Below are positions 1-10,261 of a stretch of DNA of 64,000 nucleotides, piece by piece; the first letter of the stretch is position 1; each line of letters begins with the position of its first letter. Position numbers and translations under genes: made by a program. The notes under the pieces were generated by a model, which had not been told where the DNA came from, searched no databases, and saw only the letters and a program-made list of their open reading frames with translations. The DNA is from a bacterium (GTDB lineage Bacteria > SAR324 > JACQKK01), in assembly GCA_965249525.1 (NCBI GenBank), contig OZ252237.1, positions 836,443-900,442 on the forward strand. The letters are read 5' to 3'.

Positions 1-1061
1 CTGACGACAGGAGTCAGTTGATAGATAAAGGCTTCATGCTGCGACAACATGCGACCAAAGCGCACCGCCCGTCGCAGCATGCGACGCAGCACATAGCCGC
101 GTCCTTCATTGGAGGGCAGGGCGCCGTCAGCAATGGCACAGCAGATGGTACGCACATGGTCTGCTATTACGCGGGCAGCCACCCCAGCCTCGCCTGCTGC
201 ACAGTCCTGACCGGTGATGCGCTGCAGTTCTTGTGTAATCGGTTCAAATAATTCTGTTGCATAGTTGGATTCTTTCCCTTGCAATACCCGCACAACGCGC
301 TCCAAACCCATGCCAGTGTCCACATGCTTCGCCGGCAGTGGAGACAATTGACCGTCTTCACTGCGGTTGAACTGAATAAACACCAAATTCCACAGTTCTA
401 TAAAACGGACGCAGCCCTCAGCATTCACCTGACACTCACGTCCTGCTGTGCGGCAGGTATCACAGACTACTTGTGCACCTAAATCGTAATGCAGTTCGCT
501 GCAGGGGCCACAAGGACCGCTTTCACCCATCTCCCAAAAATTGTCGTGTTTGCCAAATCGCAACACCCTTTCAGCAGGCAGCGGTGTGGTTTCTATCCAC
601 AAACTTTCCGCTTCGGTATCGCCAGGAAGTCCGTCTTGCTCGCTTCCGGCAAACACCGTGGCATAAAAACGATCTCCGTCCAGCTTCCATTCTTTTACCA
701 ACAACTCCCAAGCCCACCCAATTGCTTCACGTTTGAAGTAATCTCCAAATGACCAATTGCCCAGCATCTCAAAAAAAGTGTGATGGTAATGGTCACGTCC
801 CACATCTTCTAAGTCGTTATGTTTGCCACTGGCACGGATACACTTTTGCGAATTGACCGCACGGACATAATCACGCCTGCCAGTTCCCAAGAACACGTCC
901 TTGAATTGATTCATTCCTGCATTGGTAAAGAGCAGGGTAGGATCATCCTGAGGAACCACCGGGGAAGAACGCACAAATTGGTGTCCGTTTTTCTCAAAAA
1001 ATTGAATAAAGGACCTTCTCACCTCATTGGCGGTAAGGCTGTTGGTGGATGTAACAGTCAT
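1..1061 (-). CDS. alaS: alanine--tRNA ligase, N-terminal part (gene runs off the left edge of the window)
   Basis: Not in the supplied ORF track because it has no stop in the window. The reverse complement from the ATG at 1059-1061 reads [55 protein letters not shown]... and later [25 protein letters not shown], the conserved class II AlaRS catalytic core. The frame stays open to position 1. Confidence 0.85.
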   Translation of the reverse strand, partial: MTVTSTNSLTANEVRRSFIQFFEKNGHQFVRSSPVVPQDDPTLLFTNAGMNQFKDVFLGTGRRDYVRAVNSQKCIRASGKHNDLEDVGRDHYHHTFFEMLGNWSFGDYFKREAIGWAWELLVKEWKLDGDRFYATVFAGSEQDGLPGDTEAESLWIETTPLPAERVLRFGKHDNFWEMGESGPCGPCSELHYDLGAQVVCDTCRTAGRECQVNAEGCVRFIELWNLVFIQFNRSEDGQLSPLPAKHVDTGMGLERVVRVLQGKESNYATELFEPITQELQRITGQDCAAGEAGVAARVIADHVRTICCAIADGALPSNEGRGYVLRRMLRRAVRFGRMLSQHEAFIYQLTPVV

Positions 1062-1395
1062 AACAGTATCGGCTAAAAGTGATTGAGACCACCATGGTGG
1101 AGATAACAGAGGCAGAATCGTTGCGTCAAGCGGCCAGTCAGTAGCATAATGGGCAAATGAAATAGAAGAAACATGTTTAAATTCCAAAATTTGCCTGAGT
1201 TTTGCAAGGCATCAAGCCAATGGCAACTGGTCGGCAAAGAAACTGCTGGGACAAGTCCTCATAGATGCAACACCTGACACATGTGGTATAGCAACTGTAC
1301 AGCAGTCTCCGTAGGTAAGCCAGCACCTTGTATTGTATGGTATAAAGGAAATAACGCATAGCTAATGCTTCAAGAACCTGGGTTGATTCCCAGCA

Positions 1396-2919
1396 ATGAT
1401 CGGTAAAACGATGAGCGAACATCATCCTAATCCCTATTCGCGGGGTCACTCACAAAGAGAGAACCCCAGGTCTCCATCTGCACAAGAAGCCAGCGGCTGG
1501 CCAAATTCTGACTTTGGCACCCAATCAGAAGGCCAAGCAGAAGGCCAAGCAGAAGGCCAAGACGAATTGCAGGCATTCTTCCGTGATTTATCCTCTTTGG
1601 ATGATTACGACAGTTCCTCTGAAAGCACCGCATCTTCATCTCCTGAGGTGTCACAGTGGGTGCAGCAACCGCCTCCTCCTCCCACGCCGCCCACTAGCGA
1701 TTTTAGCTATAACCTTGATGATACTGCCAGCGTCCCTCCGTTAGTAGAACCATTTGCCACAGATATGCATGTCCCCAGAGGCAGCAGCTGGCTAAAAAAG
1801 TTGGTGGTGGCGGTGCTGTTGATATCAGCGGGTTGGTTTGGATATATGCAGCTGCAGAAAGAAAGCTCCTTTATTGATGCTACAAAGCTAGCCATAGGCA
1901 ACATGTTGCAAAGGTGGGAAATAGCCAGCCAATGGGCAAGAAAAGAAGCCTGGCCTCAGATAAACAGCTGGCCTGAACGCATGGTGGATTACCTTAGGCA
2001 ACTATTTGCCAATGAACGAATTCCCTGGCCCTCACTTTCTTCGTTGAAAAAAACTGCTGCTGAAAAAGATGTCAGCAAACTTCTCAAAGAACCGCAAGCT
2101 ACTAAGGCTGCTGATGCGGTGAAAAAAGCTTCTCCCCGCAGGGTTGCCAAGCCAGCACCCAGACGGGCTGTCAAGCCAGCACCCAGACGGGCTGTCAAGC
2201 CAGCACCCAGACGGGCTACCAAGCCAGCACCCCAACAGCCAGTGCCTATACCAGACCCACAACCTGAGATCAAACCCCTGCCACCACCCCCTGCTGCCAA
2301 GCCACCTGTTGCTAGCAGACCACTCCCACCCATACCGCCCCCTCAAGCGCCACCCCAGGCGCTCCCCCGTGTTGAACCAAGGCCAGCCGTCCCCAAAGAG
2401 GGCATTCCTTTCATTCCAGATGAACGCACCATGCCTCCCACAGGTAGATATACCGTACAAGTAACCACCTGCTTTGTTATAGAATGTCTAGAAAATTTCG
2501 CCGCCGTCCTGAAAGCACTAGACCACCAACCTTACCTCCGCACACTAAACCAAAACACGCAAGTATTAGAGGTGTCTTCTGCTGCAACCTACGCAGAACG
2601 CGAAGCTGCAGAGCGTGTTGCTGATAACATCAATAGAGAAGGAATCCTCCCCTCACTGGCCTACATCATCGCAAAAGAAGACTCATGGCGCGTCTCCCTC
2701 GGTCTCTTTACCGAACTGGATGATGCCAACCTTGTCCGCCGAAAAGCCAGTCGCATCGGTGTAGGCACTGAATTCCAAGCACGAGTCAAGAACTTCTCCT
2801 ATCCATCCTATCAAATCCTGCTGGGTCCATTCGAATCTTCATTCAGTGCCGAGAGCTTTGCCACCGAACTCCGCCACCAACATGTCCGCTTTTCCAGCGC
2901 CTTGGTGAGCCAGCGATAA
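1396..2919 (+). CDS. SPOR-domain-like, Pro-rich membrane protein
   Basis: 507-aa ORF with an acidic/Pro-rich N-terminus, one TM-like helix (LKKLVVAVLLISAGWFGYM), KPAPRRAV repeats, and a C-terminal region with two SPOR-like modules (RYTVQVTT... and YQILLGPFESSFSAESFATELR). The start could also be the ATG at 1411. Confidence 0.5.
   Translation: MIGKTMSEHHPNPYSRGHSQRENPRSPSAQEASGWPNSDFGTQSEGQAEGQAEGQDELQAFFRDLSSLDDYDSSSESTASSSPEVSQWVQQPPPPPTPPTSDFSYNLDDTASVPPLVEPFATDMHVPRGSSWLKKLVVAVLLISAGWFGYMQLQKESSFIDATKLAIGNMLQRWEIASQWARKEAWPQINSWPERMVDYLRQLFANERIPWPSLSSLKKTAAEKDVSKLLKEPQATKAADAVKKASPRRVAKPAPRRAVKPAPRRAVKPAPRRATKPAPQQPVPIPDPQPEIKPLPPPPAAKPPVASRPLPPIPPPQAPPQALPRVEPRPAVPKEGIPFIPDERTMPPTGRYTVQVTTCFVIECLENFAAVLKALDHQPYLRTLNQNTQVLEVSSAATYAEREAAERVADNINREGILPSLAYIIAKEDSWRVSLGLFTELDDANLVRRKASRIGVGTEFQARVKNFSYPSYQILLGPFESSFSAESFATELRHQHVRFSSALVSQR
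1526..1561 (+). repeat. perfect 12-nt tandem repeat x3 (cagaaggccaag), in frame, encoding (EGQA)n
   Basis: Read directly from the sequence. It lies inside the 1396-2919 ORF. Confidence 0.9.
2149..2233 (+). repeat. 24-nt tandem repeat, about 3.5 copies (aagccagcacccagacgggctgtc), in frame, encoding KPAPRRAV
   Basis: Units at 2149-2172, 2173-2196 and 2197-2220, then a partial copy. Read directly from the sequence. Confidence 0.9.
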
Positions 2920-3013
2920 ACTCTGAGAGTTATCTGCTGGTGCCAGCTATATTTTCTGAAAAAAGGATGATAGCCGAGTACATGCAGCTTTTAGGCATGC
3001 TTATCCAGGCTGC

Positions 3014-3880
3014 CTAAATAGCATCAGCCATGGTTTGGCCGATTTGATCTGGGGTTGGTGCCACTTTGATGCCGGCGTTTTCCAGTGCCTTGATTTTTTC
3101 TTTGGCGGTGCCTTTACCTCCAGCCACAATGGCACCAGCGTGTCCCATGCGTCTTCCTGGGGGGGCGGTTTGTCCTGCGATGAAGGCAGTGACGGGTTTG
3201 TTCATGTGTTGTTTTACAAATGCAGCAGCATCTTCTTCTTCGCTTCCGCCAATTTCACCAATTAACACCACACCTTGGGTCTGGGTGTCCTCTTGAAAGA
3301 GTTTGAGGCAATCCACAAAGTTGGTGCCGTGGATGGGGTCTCCACCGATACCAATGCAGGTGCTTTGTCCCAGATTGAGTTCTGTAAGCTGCCAGACGGC
3401 TTCATAGGTGAGGGTGCCTGAACGCGAGACTACACCGATTTTGCCCTTTTGATGAATGTAACCAGGCATAATGCCCACTTTGGATTGTCCTGGGGTAATG
3501 ATGCCTGGGCAATTGGGTCCCACCAGTCGTTTATTGCGTGCGCGGACATAGGCGGTGGCGCGTACCATATCTAGGACGGGGATGCCTTCGGTGATGCAGA
3601 CGATCAGGTCAATATTGGCTTCAGCGGCTTCCATGATAGCGTCAGCAGCGAAGGGTGGAGGGACGAATATCATGGAGACATTGGCTTGGGTTTGATGTGC
3701 TGCGTCGGCAACGGTATGGAAAACGGGGATACCTTCAAGATCTTGCCCGCCTTTGCCTGGGGTGACTCCTGCCACGATTTGCGTGCCGTATTCTTTGCAA
3801 GCGCGTGTGTGCAAAGAACCCTGCATCCCAGTGATGCCTTGTACCAGCACGCGAGAATCTTTGGTGAGTAGAATAGCCAT
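3014..3880 (-). CDS. sucD: succinyl-CoA synthetase alpha subunit
   Basis: [25 protein letters not shown]...SRSGTLTYE...GHAGAIV, the typical SucD pattern. I use the ATG at 3880 (MAILL) rather than the 3916 ORF start. It sits 14 nt downstream of sucC. Confidence 0.95.
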   Translation of the reverse strand: MAILLTKDSRVLVQGITGMQGSLHTRACKEYGTQIVAGVTPGKGGQDLEGIPVFHTVADAAHQTQANVSMIFVPPPFAADAIMEAAEANIDLIVCITEGIPVLDMVRATAYVRARNKRLVGPNCPGIITPGQSKVGIMPGYIHQKGKIGVVSRSGTLTYEAVWQLTELNLGQSTCIGIGGDPIHGTNFVDCLKLFQEDTQTQGVVLIGEIGGSEEEDAAAFVKQHMNKPVTAFIAGQTAPPGRRMGHAGAIVAGGKGTAKEKIKALENAGIKVAPTPDQIGQTMADAI

Positions 3881-3894
3881 GGGAGTACACAGAG

Positions 3895-5070
3895 TTATTG
3901 TGTCAGTTGGACGCATTGCTGGCCTGCAGCCTTGAGGCTTTGTGCCATAATGAGTTTACCTTGCAGTCCAGAGTTGCGGATAATTTCTCTGGCTTCTTCT
4001 ACTTTTGCGCCTTCCAGCCGTACCACCACAGGTGTTTGGGGTTGGACTTGGCGAAAAGCCTCTACCACCCCTTCTGCTACCAAGTCGCAGCGAACGATGC
4101 CGCCAAAGATGTTGATGAGGATGGCTCTTACGTTGGTGTCACTGGTGATGATGCGAAAGGCTGTGGCTACGCGTTCGGCGGTGGCAGTACCTCCTACATC
4201 CAAGAAATTGGCAGGCGAGGCACCATATACCTTAATCATGTCCATGGTAGCCATAGCCAGCCCTGCGCCATTCACCATGCAGCCAATGTTTCCATCCAGC
4301 TTGATATAATTCAAATCCGCCGCTGCGGCTTCCCTCTCCATGGCATTTTCTTCATGCTCGTCACGCAGCTTGTCCCAATCGCGATGGCGAAACGAGGCAT
4401 TGTCGTCAAAACTCACTTTTGCATCCAATGCCAACACCCGACCGTCTCCCGTTACTGCCAGAGGATTAATTTCTAGCAGTGAGCAGTCTCCTGCCGTAAA
4501 TGCCTCATACAAGCCCAGCAATAACTTCACCCCAGGACGCACCAAGCTGGCATCTATTTGTGCTAATTCCAATCCATATGCCAAACGTGTTGCTTGGAAT
4601 GCGCGCAGACCTACTGTTGGATCTACCACTTCGCGCAATATCTTCTCAGGAGACTCTGCTGCCACAGCCTCTATGTCCATTCCCCCTTCTGTGGACGCCA
4701 ATACCATCGGGCATTGCGAATGCCTGTCTACCAGTATAGATACATACAACTCCTTGCGTAATACCAATGCTTCTTCCACCAACAACCGTCGTACTTGTTG
4801 TCCTTCGGCACCTGTCTGGTGCGTTATCAGCTGCATTTGCCACATCTTTTCAGCTTCTTTGCCAAGCTCCTCTATGCTTCCACATACTTTCACTCCCCCA
4901 CCTTTCCCTCGCCCGCCTGCGTGAATCTGTGCTTTCAATACCCAGCGCTCTCCCTTCAATTCCCCTGCTGCCTTGATGGCTTCCTCTACCCCAAATGCAA
5001 CCTGTCCCTTAGGGGTTGGTACTCCATAATGCGATAAAAATTCTTTCGCCTGATGCTCATGTATCTTCAT
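3895..5070 (-). CDS. sucC: succinyl-CoA synthetase beta subunit
   Basis: [22 protein letters not shown]...[14 protein letters not shown], the ATP-grasp SucC N-terminus. Start taken at the ATG at 5070. Confidence 0.95.
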   Translation of the reverse strand: MKIHEHQAKEFLSHYGVPTPKGQVAFGVEEAIKAAGELKGERWVLKAQIHAGGRGKGGGVKVCGSIEELGKEAEKMWQMQLITHQTGAEGQQVRRLLVEEALVLRKELYVSILVDRHSQCPMVLASTEGGMDIEAVAAESPEKILREVVDPTVGLRAFQATRLAYGLELAQIDASLVRPGVKLLLGLYEAFTAGDCSLLEINPLAVTGDGRVLALDAKVSFDDNASFRHRDWDKLRDEHEENAMEREAAAADLNYIKLDGNIGCMVNGAGLAMATMDMIKVYGASPANFLDVGGTATAERVATAFRIITSDTNVRAILINIFGGIVRCDLVAEGVVEAFRQVQPQTPVVVRLEGAKVEEAREIIRNSGLQGKLIMAQSLKAAGQQCVQLTQ

Positions 5071-5260
5071 GCTGATTATCTTTACCAAATGGGTGGCTAT
5101 TTTCAAGTGCAATTTTCAAGATCTATCTCTGCAAGTTCTTGTTTCCATCATCTATCATAGGGCTGCAATTTTTCACAAACCTTTGTGAACAAAGGCTTTT
5201 GGACGCGAAATTGCATAGCTTGCAAACAGAAGTATGTTTTTTTAAGGAAGTTGGTAATAG

Positions 5261-5944
5261 ATGGATTTGGGAGTAATAGTGGCAGCTGGGGGAGGGGGTC
5301 GTCGCAGTGAAGGAGATAAATTATGGCGTATGCTGGGGGGAGAGGTGGTGTTGGCAAGGGTATTGAAGCAATTTCTGGCATGTGCAGAGGTAGATCGGGT
5401 AGTTGTAGTGTTGCGTATGGGAGATGAGGCGCGTTTTGAGAAGTTGGTAGAAACTTTCGGTGAGGGGGAGAGATTGTGCTGGGTGTTGGGGGGTGCAGAG
5501 CGTCAGGATTCGGTATTTTGTGGTTTGCAGGAGTTATCGGGTTTATCGCTGCGGCAGGTATTGATTCATGATGGAGCGCGGCCATTTTTTACTGCAGAGT
5601 TATTGCAGCGGGTGATAGAGTCATTGAGAGAGCATGAGGCAGTGATGCCTGTGTTGCCTGTGGTGGATACACTAAGGCGTGTGGGTATTGAGGGGGAGTT
5701 GGTATCACGGGAGGGGTTGGTGGCGGTGCAGACGCCGCAAGGGTTTTGGTGGGAGACGATTTGGCAGGCGCATTGTTTGGCGAGAGAAAGGGGGAGTTAT
5801 TATACAGATGATGCAGAAGCGGTGCTACAATCTGGCAAGAAGGTGCACATGGAGTTGGGAGTTCGTGAGAATGTGAAGTTAACCACAAGAGAGGATTTTG
5901 TGTTTGCAGAACAATTACTGACTGGTATTATACAGAAGGACTGA
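5261..5944 (+). CDS. ispD: 2-C-methyl-D-erythritol 4-phosphate cytidylyltransferase
   Basis: GVIVAAGGGGRR...LIHDGARPF...VQTPQGF, the IspD signature pattern. 227 aa. Confidence 0.9.
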   Translation: MDLGVIVAAGGGGRRSEGDKLWRMLGGEVVLARVLKQFLACAEVDRVVVVLRMGDEARFEKLVETFGEGERLCWVLGGAERQDSVFCGLQELSGLSLRQVLIHDGARPFFTAELLQRVIESLREHEAVMPVLPVVDTLRRVGIEGELVSREGLVAVQTPQGFWWETIWQAHCLARERGSYYTDDAEAVLQSGKKVHMELGVRENVKLTTREDFVFAEQLLTGIIQKD

Positions 5945-5945
5945 A

Positions 5946-8231
5946 ATGCAACCAAAAAACACAGAGAAAACAAGGGTTTGTTATGGCTGGCTGTTGGGCT
6001 GGCGAAGGAGTGCTGCGTTTATGCGTAAGTGCGTTGTGGTGATAGTGTTTTTGGTGTTGTGGGGATGGCCGGGGTTAGTGAGAGAGTTATGGTCGCAAGA
6101 ACAGGCTAGTCAGACGGGTGGCGAGGAGAATCAGGAGGGGGGGATTTCATTAAATTTTCAGAATGTGCAGATAGGCACCTTTTTGCAGGCGATGTCAGAT
6201 GCACTGCAAGTGGCCTTGGTGTGGGATGAAAACAAGGTAAAGGGGAACATTACGGTGTTGTCGCCAAATCCGTTTGAGCGGGTTACGGCATCAGAGGTAT
6301 TTGAAAGTGTACTTTCTATGCAAGGGTATGCGATTGTCCAGCATCCTTCTGCGCCCTTGTTGCAGGTGGTGCCGGTGAGTGAGGCTACACGTTCAGCTTC
6401 GGGAGTGCGTGGTCGAGGATTGGCAAAGGGCAAGCAAGGAGGTGCGCCTTCGTTTCATCACACCGAGATTATTCAGCTTCGCTATGCGGATGTCTCTTTA
6501 GTTGCCAATTTGTTACGACCCTTGGTGGTGAATTCTACCTCAGTGGGATTCTATAAACCTGCCAATGTGTTGATGCTGACAGAGTCTGCTGCCCATCTGG
6601 AACGACTGCGCAAGGTGGTGAGGCAGCTGGATGTACCCAGCAGCAAAGCCAGCTTTAAGAGCTTTAAGCTGCGCTATGCCGAAGCACAAAAGCTAGCACC
6701 TATTCTGCGTATTTTGGGTCTTTCCATGCTGCAGGCGCGAGGCATTGTGGTGCCAGACAAAAAATCTACTGGCAGCGCTTCCAGGACTATTGAAATCCAA
6801 GCTGATGTCCGAACCAACAGCCTGTTGATACTAGCGGGCAAAGACGTACTCAATGGGTTGGAGAAAATCATCAATGAATTAGACACCCCCCCCACACCAT
6901 CACAACGCGGACTAAGGGTATTCCGACTAGAACATTCCAATGCCGAAGAACTGGTGAAAATCTTTAAGTCTGTGGATCTCAAATCCCTTACTTCCCAACA
7001 ACAAAAAAGCACACAGCAAATAAAACTCAGCATTACAGCAGATAAAGCCACCAATTCCCTAGTGGTTTTCGGAACCAATGAGGCTGTTGATGCCGTAGCC
7101 AATATGCTTATAGAACTGGATGTCCGACCTCCACAAGTATTTGTTGAAGTGCTTATTATGGAAATGAGCCTAGAAAAAAGCCTAGATATTGGCGTCAACT
7201 GGCGCGTGTTGGAAGAAACTACTGACGGTATCATCGGCGGCACTTTTCCCTCCGGTGTACCTGCTACTACCGGAGGTGCAATCGGTGCGGGCAGCAATGC
7301 ACTCATCGGTGTACTTGGCAACGAAATCACCTACGGTGGAGAAACCTATGCCTCTTTCAGCGGCTTCATCCGCGCACTGCAACAAGACCAAGATGTGAAT
7401 ATCATCGCCAATCCACAGGTACTCACTATCAATAACAAAGAAGCCGAAATCAATGTCAGTTCTGTCATACCCATCTCCACCCGCACCGTCACCAATACCC
7501 AATCACAAAGCACCACCGAATTTGAATTCCGCGATGTGGGTGTTATCCTCAAAATTACCCCCCAAATTACCAGTGGAAACCGCGTACGCCTGGTCATCAG
7601 ACAAGAATTCAGTTCCGTGGCAGGACTCCCAGACACCACCGGTCAGACTGCTATCACCACCCTCAAACGCTCTATCAATACCGAAGTGGTGGTAGATGAC
7701 CAATCCACTATGGCTATTGGCGGTTTGATACAAACTCAATCAGTGGAAACTGTTAACCGTGTGCCTTTCTTCAGCAGAATTTGGATACTGGGCAATCTTT
7801 TCAAAAGCAAACGGCAAGAAATCCGCAAAACCAATCTGCTGGCTTTTATCCGCCCCTCTATCATCAACTCCCTCAATGACGCCAATAACAACACCCGACG
7901 CCAACAAGAACGATACGATAAAGCCAATGAAAGCCTGCAAGGACTAGAAGAACAAATCCGTAGAGATTTTCTCCCCCCAGCCAATAAACCCGACTCCTCC
8001 TCTGAAGAACCCTCGCCCCAAAATCCTCCGCCTCCACGTCGCAGCCCCGATGAAGAAGATGAAGAAGGCAACATTCTTTCCGATGAACTTATTGGTTTGG
8101 ACTTTTCCAACATCGCCCTCCCCAAACCCAATCTGCCACCAGAAGAAATGCTAGCCCTCGAAAACCTGCGTCAGCAGCAGCAATCCCCAGGCCTGCAGGC
8201 ACGCAATCCCCGCAGACGCCGAAACCCCTAA
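5946..8231 (+). CDS. GspD-type secretin (T2SS/T4P-like outer-membrane channel)
   Basis: N0-like domain (ISLNFQNVQIGTFLQAMSDAL), three N-domain-like repeats (IIQLRYADVS.., FKLRYAEAQKL.., VFRLEHSNAEEL..) and a secretin core (VFVEVLIMEMS...IIANPQVLTINNKEA...GGL). An alternative start at ATG 6021 has GAAGGAG upstream and gives a cleaner signal peptide. Confidence 0.85.
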   Translation: MQPKNTEKTRVCYGWLLGWRRSAAFMRKCVVVIVFLVLWGWPGLVRELWSQEQASQTGGEENQEGGISLNFQNVQIGTFLQAMSDALQVALVWDENKVKGNITVLSPNPFERVTASEVFESVLSMQGYAIVQHPSAPLLQVVPVSEATRSASGVRGRGLAKGKQGGAPSFHHTEIIQLRYADVSLVANLLRPLVVNSTSVGFYKPANVLMLTESAAHLERLRKVVRQLDVPSSKASFKSFKLRYAEAQKLAPILRILGLSMLQARGIVVPDKKSTGSASRTIEIQADVRTNSLLILAGKDVLNGLEKIINELDTPPTPSQRGLRVFRLEHSNAEELVKIFKSVDLKSLTSQQQKSTQQIKLSITADKATNSLVVFGTNEAVDAVANMLIELDVRPPQVFVEVLIMEMSLEKSLDIGVNWRVLEETTDGIIGGTFPSGVPATTGGAIGAGSNALIGVLGNEITYGGETYASFSGFIRALQQDQDVNIIANPQVLTINNKEAEINVSSVIPISTRTVTNTQSQSTTEFEFRDVGVILKITPQITSGNRVRLVIRQEFSSVAGLPDTTGQTAITTLKRSINTEVVVDDQSTMAIGGLIQTQSVETVNRVPFFSRIWILGNLFKSKRQEIRKTNLLAFIRPSIINSLNDANNNTRRQQERYDKANESLQGLEEQIRRDFLPPANKPDSSSEEPSPQNPPPPRRSPDEEDEEGNILSDELIGLDFSNIALPKPNLPPEEMLALENLRQQQQSPGLQARNPRRRRNP

Positions 8232-8338
8232 GAAAGCTGTATAGGGTGCGGAGTTCTCTTCACACCAAAAGACACCGCCTTGTATGAAACCTACCGCAAT
8301 TCCCCTTAGCAATGATGAGGGGTTTTGAGCGGTCAGCT

Positions 8339-9157
8339 TCATGCTTGTACCAACTGGTGAATTTCTTGCAGTTTTTTAAGCAGCGGGGGCAAGTCTTTCA
8401 GGGGCAGCATGTTGGGACCATCGCAAAGGGCTTGATCAGGATCTTTGTGGGTTTCCATAAACACGCCGTTAGCACCTGCAGCGACTGCGGCTTGTGCGAT
8501 GGTGGTTACGAACTGCCGTTCTCCGCCGGAGCTGCCTTTTGAAGCTGAAGGAAGCTGTACCGCATGGGTGGCGTCTATGACTATGGGGAAACCGAATTCT
8601 CGCATGATGGGAAACCCGCGCATATCCACCACCAGGTTGTTGTATCCGAACATATAGCCGCGTTCGGTGATAAGCAGGCGTTGGTTGCCGGTGGATGCCA
8701 TTTTTTCTATGGCGTGGGCGGCATCGCGGGGCGAGATAAACTGTCCTTTTTTCCAGTTGACAATCTTGCCTGTGCGGGCAATTTCTACCAGGAAGTCGGT
8801 CTGGCGGGCTAGGAAAGCGGGTATTTGCAGGATATCCAGCACTTGGGCAGCTGGTTCAATTTCTTCAAAGCGGTGGATGTCTGAGAGCAGCGGTACTCCC
8901 ACTTGTTGACGAATGGTCTGAAATATTTCGCGGGCTGCGTCTAGTCCTGGGCCGCGGAAGCTGTCCAGACGGGTACGGTTGGCTTTATCGTAGGATACCT
9001 TGAAGGCGAAGGGTATCTGCAGCTGGCTGCATAGTTGTTTCAGGTGTTGGGCAAAAGCCAGTGTCTGCCCTGGACGGACGGAGTCCTCTATTACATCAGG
9101 ACCCAGCAGCGCAAAAAAGGGCAGCGATTTTCCCTGAAAACTAGGCAAGTCAAACAT
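8339..9157 (-). CDS. kdsA: 3-deoxy-8-phosphooctulonate (KDO-8-P) synthase
   Basis: 272 aa. FKVSYDKANRTRLDSFRGPG...DATHAVQLP is typical of KdsA. Confidence 0.9.
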   Translation of the reverse strand: MFDLPSFQGKSLPFFALLGPDVIEDSVRPGQTLAFAQHLKQLCSQLQIPFAFKVSYDKANRTRLDSFRGPGLDAAREIFQTIRQQVGVPLLSDIHRFEEIEPAAQVLDILQIPAFLARQTDFLVEIARTGKIVNWKKGQFISPRDAAHAIEKMASTGNQRLLITERGYMFGYNNLVVDMRGFPIMREFGFPIVIDATHAVQLPSASKGSSGGERQFVTTIAQAAVAAGANGVFMETHKDPDQALCDGPNMLPLKDLPPLLKKLQEIHQLVQA

Positions 9158-9242
9158 ATCCCTAGCTGTAGCACGGGGTGGGGGTGCCTGTCAGCAGGAT
9201 TTTTTCGCCTTTGGGGCGGGGTTGGGGTATGTTGAGAGAACC

Positions 9243-10229
9243 ATGAACAAGGCATTTGAGCAAAATAAATCACACATACTAGGGTTGGTGCGCAAAGCAC
9301 TGGAAATAGAACGTGAGGGCATAGAGGCTTTACTGGAGCGACTGGATACCCCTGTGGTGGAAGCGGTGCGTTTGATAGGCAGCTGCCCGGGCAAGGTAGC
9401 GGTATTGGGGATGGGTAAATCTGGTCATGTGGGACGGAAAATTGCAGCCACCTTGGCTAGTACGGGGACACCTGCCTTTTTCTTGCATCCTGCCGAGGCG
9501 TTACACGGCGATTTGGGCATGGTAATGCGTGGCGATGTAGCCCTGATGCTGTCCGGCTCTGGTCAGACCGAAGAGATGCTGCAATTGCTGGGGCCATTAG
9601 GACGCATGGGTATTCCCCTGGTGGCTGTTACTGGTCATCCAAACTCTGAACTGGCACGTCGCTCCCAAATACATTTGGATGTTTCTGTCCCCCGAGAAGC
9701 CTGTCCTCTCAATCTAACCCCTACTGCCAGCACCACTGCCACCATGGTTATGGGCGATGCCATCGCTGTCTGCTTGTTGGAACTGAAAGGGTTTCAAGAC
9801 AAGGATTTTGCACAACTGCATCCAGGCGGCAGTCTCGGCAAAAAGCTGCTCACCACTGCTGAAGATATCATGGACAAAAAAAATCTACCCCAAGTAACCG
9901 AAAATACCTCAATAGAACAAGCCGTACAGGAAATCCATGGCAAAGGTTATGGCATCACCACCATCACCAACGCACAAGGTCGTCTCTGCGGTGCCTTTTC
10001 TCTTGGCGACCTGCTGCGGCTGCACGCCAAGCAATCCAAGTTCATGCAAGAACCTGTCTCAAAATATATGAACCCCAAGCCCCACTTCGTTACCCCAGAC
10101 ACCCTGGCAGCACAAGCCCTGTTCCTGATGGAAAGTAAACATATCCGCTGTGTGTTCGTTTGCAACCAACAACAACAACCCATCGGCATGCTGGGCATCT
10201 ATGAGGTCTTGAAAGCCATAGACTACTAA
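9243..10229 (+). CDS. kdsD: arabinose-5-phosphate isomerase (KpsF/GutQ family: SIS plus two CBS domains)
   Basis: GMGKSGHVGRKIAATLASTGTPAFFLHPAEALHGDLG (SIS domain) followed by CBS-like repeats. Divergent from kdsA. The ORF-track start at 9222 is a TTG; the first ATG is at 9243. Confidence 0.85.
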   Translation: MNKAFEQNKSHILGLVRKALEIEREGIEALLERLDTPVVEAVRLIGSCPGKVAVLGMGKSGHVGRKIAATLASTGTPAFFLHPAEALHGDLGMVMRGDVALMLSGSGQTEEMLQLLGPLGRMGIPLVAVTGHPNSELARRSQIHLDVSVPREACPLNLTPTASTTATMVMGDAIAVCLLELKGFQDKDFAQLHPGGSLGKKLLTTAEDIMDKKNLPQVTENTSIEQAVQEIHGKGYGITTITNAQGRLCGAFSLGDLLRLHAKQSKFMQEPVSKYMNPKPHFVTPDTLAAQALFLMESKHIRCVFVCNQQQQPIGMLGIYEVLKAIDY

Positions 10230-10261
10230 GCACCTTGCCTATTGCCAGAGGAGCAGGTGGT

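Noticed and set aside
1340-1395. tRNA/tmRNA-like T-arm (cctgggttgattcccagc) in the alaS-SPOR intergenic region
   Set aside because: I could not build acceptor, D or anticodon arms around it, and there is no CCA-proximal acceptor complement. It is probably a chance hairpin.
3898-4924. Long antisense or alternative-frame ORFs in the track (e.g. 3898-4476, 4340-4924, 5148-5585, 6674-7330, 1989-2333, 2032-2460, 11641-12126, 15523-16008, 15611-16102, 17083-17535, 25768-26313, 31961-32458, 33677-34150, 47768-48157, 58736-59104)
   Set aside because: They lie entirely inside well-supported conserved genes on the other strand or frame. They have low-complexity or biased compositions produced by the strong skew, and they show no recognisable motifs.
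8296-8330. Hairpin terminator after the secretin gene (CCCCT-N11-AGGGG-TTTT)
   Set aside because: The stem is only 5 bp with an 11-nt loop, which is too weak to report as a feature.
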